Part shown: one piece after another, positions 59,597 to 64,000 of the stretch | Numbering within the stretch: the first letter of the stretch is position 1 | Layout of the letters: each line of letters opens with the position of its first letter | From: Octopus vulgaris | Lineage: Eukaryota | Assembly: GCA_951406725.2 (NCBI GenBank) | Contig: OX597827.1 | Coordinates: forward strand, 27,218,001 to 27,282,000 | Direction: 5' to 3' | DNA length: 64,000 nucleotides | Program-made: the position numbers and the translations under genes | Notes under the pieces: model-generated | Databases searched by the model: none | The model's input: only the letters and a program-made list of their open reading frames with translations | What the model was told of the DNA's origin: nothing

Positions 59597-59818
59597 GGGC
59601 ATATGGTGTAGTGGTTAAGAGTGTGGACCACTAACCCTAAGATTCCTAGTTTGATTCCAGGCAGTGACCTGAATAATAATAATAACATTGAAAAATACCT
59701 TAGGAATGAGAACCCAGGTTCGAAATCTCCCCAAGACACCTGAAACATATCAGCCGAAACTTTGTGTTAACAACAAACAAGATGTGGACAAATTCCGTCA
59801 AAAGTAAATAATGTACAC
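59597..59818 (+). mobile_element. tRNA-headed SINE-like element with hammerhead remnant
   Basis: A-box TGGTGTAGTGG, B-box-like AGTTTGATTCC, (AAT)n, then ACAC-CTGA....CAGCC-GAAAC-TTT-GTGT. Confidence 0.6.
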
Positions 59819-59839
59819 CTTTCACTGTCGTATATAATT

Positions 59840-60168
59840 GCTGCCATGGTTGTGTAGTTCGTCTCCAAACCACATTTCTGGTTCAATCCCTGTGAGTGGA
59901 TAAGCCCATCATACACGCCCCTGTGTGAGTTAATGTTTATGTATCTCTTTTGACATCTCGCAACAGATAAAAGCATGCGCCACTGTCACACAAGTGGTGT
60001 CGCTTGTTTCCCAGTCTTCCATGAAAACATGTCTGGGCTACAGTGAAATATTACCTTGCATCCAAACAGGTGAGGGTTGGTTCCAAGAATGGCGTCTGAC
60101 TGTAGAAAATCTGCTTCAATGAATCTTGTTTGATCCATTGCAAGCATGGAAAGAGTGGTCGTGAAAAT
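59840..60168 (+). mobile_element. SINE with family A head and alternative tail (F)
   Basis: Tail AAACAGGTGAGGGTTGG...AAGAATGGCGTCTGACTGTAGAAAATC...CATGGAAA, homologous to 61580-61750. Confidence 0.65.
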
Positions 60169-60775
60169 TACTGTATGCTTCTTCAGCATGCGAATCGATT
60201 TGTTTTCAGACCAAAATTTACTGCCAAAAATGGTTGGTCGACTTCTACACCAAAATGGCTTTGGAGGGCAAAAAATTTCATGTGAAATGCTGTAGGATTT
60301 GGAAAGATCGTAATGACTCTTAAATGCTTACAACATATTCTTTGTTGACTTGTATGCCGCAAAATACAGAATGGTGTTGATATTTCTTTGTTACCAAGTT
60401 AGTTCTTATCCCGAATATTTTATAACATTGTGGTTGCTTGAACTTTTAGAAATAGCAGTCAAACTTTCCTGGAATCACTTGGTACCATCTCTTGTACACA
60501 AAGAAATACCTATTTGGGTTTATGTGGTGCTGGATTCACTACTGCAACAGTGGGATGAAATAGACATACTGGTCGTTGTTCTACGGGATTAACATTGCCA
60601 AAAGTTTAAAAGAATTTTTTATTACACTTATGAACTTCCGTAGCAGAAGATCCCAACCCCTATTTACCCACCTGGGTAAAATTTTGGAAGTGAATTTACC
60701 CCCAATTCGGTTCTGTCCAGTAATTAAGAGTGCACTATGGTAAACCAGCTGAAAGAGAGGAAGCTCAAAATACGG

Positions 60776-61060
60776 TTTTTTTTTTTTTGCTTCTTTCTAT
60801 CCGTCCATCTCTGCTGATTTCCTGGGAGGCTCTTTGCGGGTAGAGCCTTCAGGTTCCTTGGGAGTCTTATCAATAGTAACCTTCGTTACAGTTTCTTAAT
60901 GGATTCCAAAAGCTTGACCGAGTGAGACTGTGGATATTATCCAACCATCTTGTTCTTGGTCTACCCCTATTCGTTGGCCCAGCTTGAAGAATCCATCTTG
61001 CAATTTTCTCCGGTGACATTCTCCTTTAGCATTCAGATTTCTTTGTCAAATGTAATCCTC
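60776..61060 (-). pseudogene. RTE-clade LINE extreme 3' end with poly(A)
   Basis: Reverse complement encodes RMSPEKIARWIL...NRGRPRTRWLDNIHSL (RTE C-terminal motif); the T-run at about 60776-60788 is the poly(A) tail. Confidence 0.8.
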
Positions 61061-61374
61061 ACTTATTGACATTATTTTGAATCAATCTCGGATTATCTTG
61101 TAGCTTTGAGACTTCAATGATGTGTTTGTATATTTTTAGAATGTAGGGCAGATGTGAGAAGTTGGATCTGGTCAATTTTAAAGCAGTTTGAATATTTGGG
61201 GTGGATATGGCCAGGTTAAATGCTATACGGTTAAACATTATTATTTTTTAAGTTTATATAAGAATAATAAAAAAGAATAATAATAACAATGTTATTTCAC
61301 TTGTCTGTGAAGTAATGTTGAACTGATTACAGGACCAAACACAATGTTCTGAGTTTAACAACTCATTTCAGGCT

Positions 61375-61750
61375 CAGCTGTGGCTGTGTAATAAGAAATC
61401 TACTTCTCAACTACAGGGTTTCAGGTTCAATTCCCCTGGGCAAGTGGCTTCTACTATAGCCCTAGGCTCACCAAAGCCTTGTGAATGTATTTGGTACATG
61501 GCAGCTGAAAGAAGCCCATTGTATATGTATATTTGTATTTGCATATCTTTATGTGTGTGTGTGCTAATGTGACTTTGTCTCAGTATCATATGATGGTTGT
61601 AAACAAATCTTCTGTTAGAACATATCTGGTTGTGAGAATATTATAATGCTTGAAAACAGGTGTGAACTGGTGACAGGAAGAGCATCCCAGCCTTAGAAAT
61701 TCACCCCAACAAAATGTTGTCCCAACCACATGAACATGGAAAAGAGGATC
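61375..61750 (+). mobile_element. SINE with family A head/core and tail F
   Basis: GGGCAAGTGGCTTCTACTATAGCC core, then GGTGACAGGAAGAGCATCCCAGCCTTAGAAA tail. Confidence 0.7.
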
Positions 61751-62174
61751 ATAATAAAGTTTATAAATACAGATCGTTAAATCCATAGAGATCGCAAAGA
61801 AGGCAATGACTTCTCAGCTTCAGATCTTGTAAAACTTGAATTGTAAATAAAGCTATGTCCATATAAAGAAACAGTAAATTTTCTTCATGGATAGTGGAAA
61901 ACCCTCCACTTCTGTGTGAATTCATCTCAGTTTATGAAACTTTGCTCCAGATGATTTTCCTTAACAGAGGAAGCGCTCCCACTAAGGTAGGGTTCTTCTT
62001 ACTCAAGTGCAGGGATTGGCAAGGGTACCCCGCCACCTCAAGGATTAATATGGACTCCTGAGGCCACTGAATTATTAATAAATGAAATCTGGAAAAGGGT
62101 GGGTGATGTAAGGCTAAAACTTACTAATTTCCTACCAAGCATTTGTGCAGTGTTGACTAGTATTTAAAGACAGA

Positions 62175-62380
62175 TAATCGGCAGAATCTTTAGTGCGTCA
62201 AACAAAATGCTTTGTGGCATTTCATCTGTCTACGTTCTGTGTTCAAATACTACTGAGACCGACTTTGCCTTTCATCTCTTCGGGGTCGATATAAAAAAGT
62301 ACCAGTTGAACACTGATAATCGACTTAACCCCTTCCCTGAAAATGCTGGCCTTGTGACAACAATTTGAAATCAATATTAA
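62175..62380 (+). mobile_element. SINE family B
   Basis: GGCAGAATCTTTAG...GACTTTGCCTTTCATCTCTTCGGGGTCGAT...GCTGGCCTTGTG. Confidence 0.85.
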
Positions 62381-62514
62381 GTCGCATTTGCCAGATTGCA
62401 TACTTTACATGAAATACTCTGACGATTATCAACATAATATCACTAAATTTTTATTCTTCATAATTAATTTTGTTAAATATTTTCACGAAATTTCATTATT
62501 TTTTTATTAAAAAG

Positions 62515-62878
62515 TGGCAGCTTGTGGTAAGTAGCTTGTTTACCAACCACATGGTTCCGGGTTCAATCCCATTGCGTGGCACCTTGGGCAAGTGTCTTCT
62601 AGTAAAGCTCCGGGCCGATCAAAACCTTGTGAATGAATATGGTAGACGGAAACTGAAAGAAGCTTATCGTATATATATGTGTGTGTGTGTGTGTGTTTTT
62701 GTAACTGACAACCAATGCTGGAGTGTTTACGTCCCCGTAACTTAGCAGTTCGGCAAAAGTGACCGATAGAATAATTACTAGGCTTGCAAAGAATCAGACC
62801 TGGGGTCGATTTGTTCGACTAAAGGCGGTGCTCCTGCATGGCTGCAGTCAAATGCATGAAACAAGTAAAAGAATTAAG
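62515..62878 (+). mobile_element. SINE family A, full length
   Basis: Head, core, (TG)n and tail all present. Confidence 0.9.
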
Positions 62879-63375
62879 GAATTTTTGTTTTTAAACCAAA
62901 ACATGTTTTATTTATTTTAGTTCAAATTTTGTTTTAAAAATTTTGACGATGTGGGGGTCGGTTAATAAATTTTTAATGGTTCCATGAAAGAGTAGGTGAT
63001 ATAAGAATTTTGTTGACCCCCTGCCCGAGCTTATTGCAGAGAAAGAACTCATCGAGTACTGTTCTTCTGATGTTGCCGTATTTTATTAAGAAACGTATCT
63101 GATTATCAACGTACTCGATTGGGGCTAATCATGGATTAAATAAGGTCAGTAGGAACAAAAGGGTTTAGGGAAAGTACGTCGAAAGTTTTTTTAGAATCTG
63201 ATGATTTTTCTCTGGTAAATAATATAATGATCTGAAAAGCTCCGTTCGGGTAACATTATACTTGCAAATGACCCTCTTCGTTTAAATGTGTGTATATTCA
63301 TATATAGGTATTGATGTGTATATATTTGTAGATGTGGGTAAATATATATATATATACTCTATACTATTTACTATT

Positions 63376-63450
63376 TATTACTTAATTGAACGCCACGCAT
63401 CCATTTCCAAGTATTACTTAATTGAACGCCACGCATCCATTTCCAAGTAT
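63376..63450. repeat. 36-bp tandem duplication
   Basis: TATTACTTAATTGAACGCCACGCATCCATTTCCAAG twice. Confidence 0.95.
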
Positions 63451-63900
63451 ATATATACACACGCACACACACACATATGTATATATATGTAAATATATGT
63501 ATGTATGTGAGTGTGTGTGTGAGTGTGAATATATATTTGTGTGTGTCTGAATATATATGTATTTATAAATGTGGATATTTACGTATGAACATATGTATGT
63601 GTGAATGAATATTATTTATACACACACACATATCCACTCACGTATATATATGTATATATATATATATGAATGCATGTATACGCATACACATAAACACACA
63701 TGTGTGTAAACAGTACACCTACACACACATACTCGTACACACACACGCGCGCGCGCGCAAACGTGTTTATATTGACCGAGTTGGAGAATAGTGTAGCTGG
63801 TTACCTCTCACTGAACAAATAGAGCAGACAGTGAGAAGAAAACCCTTTTGTGATGCTTTCCGTTTAGTAAACACAACGGTAGGGCCTAACACACACACAC

Positions 63901-63978
<78 letters not shown>

Positions 63979-64000
63979 GTGTGTGTGTATATATAGAGTG

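Overview
This is eukaryotic, AT-rich, repeat-dominated genomic DNA. The extreme microsatellite load and the tRNA-derived SINE types suggest an octopus or other coleoid cephalopod (inference). I see no intact protein-coding gene: almost every ORF in the track is a translation of microsatellites or SINEs. Supported features are: a decayed Penelope-like element (PLE) with a GIY-YIG endonuclease (about 16963-18026, minus); two RTE-type LINE 3' fragments; a decayed APE-type LINE fragment; two Tc1/mariner-pogo-type MITEs; a truncated U6 snRNA copy; and dozens of SINE copies from several modular families. The most interesting signal is a set of about 9 hammerhead-ribozyme-like motifs in short non-coding elements, most of which end at (TA)n tracts. 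Three share a non-canonical CUGUNGA core, and one sits downstream of a tRNA-type SINE head. Three fold-back elements also lie among the (TA)n tracts. Together these suggest a microsatellite-targeting PLE/hammerhead parasite system. A possible divergent promoter region with candidate exons (40-48.5 kb) is low confidence. Coordinates were read by eye and repeat boundaries are approximate.
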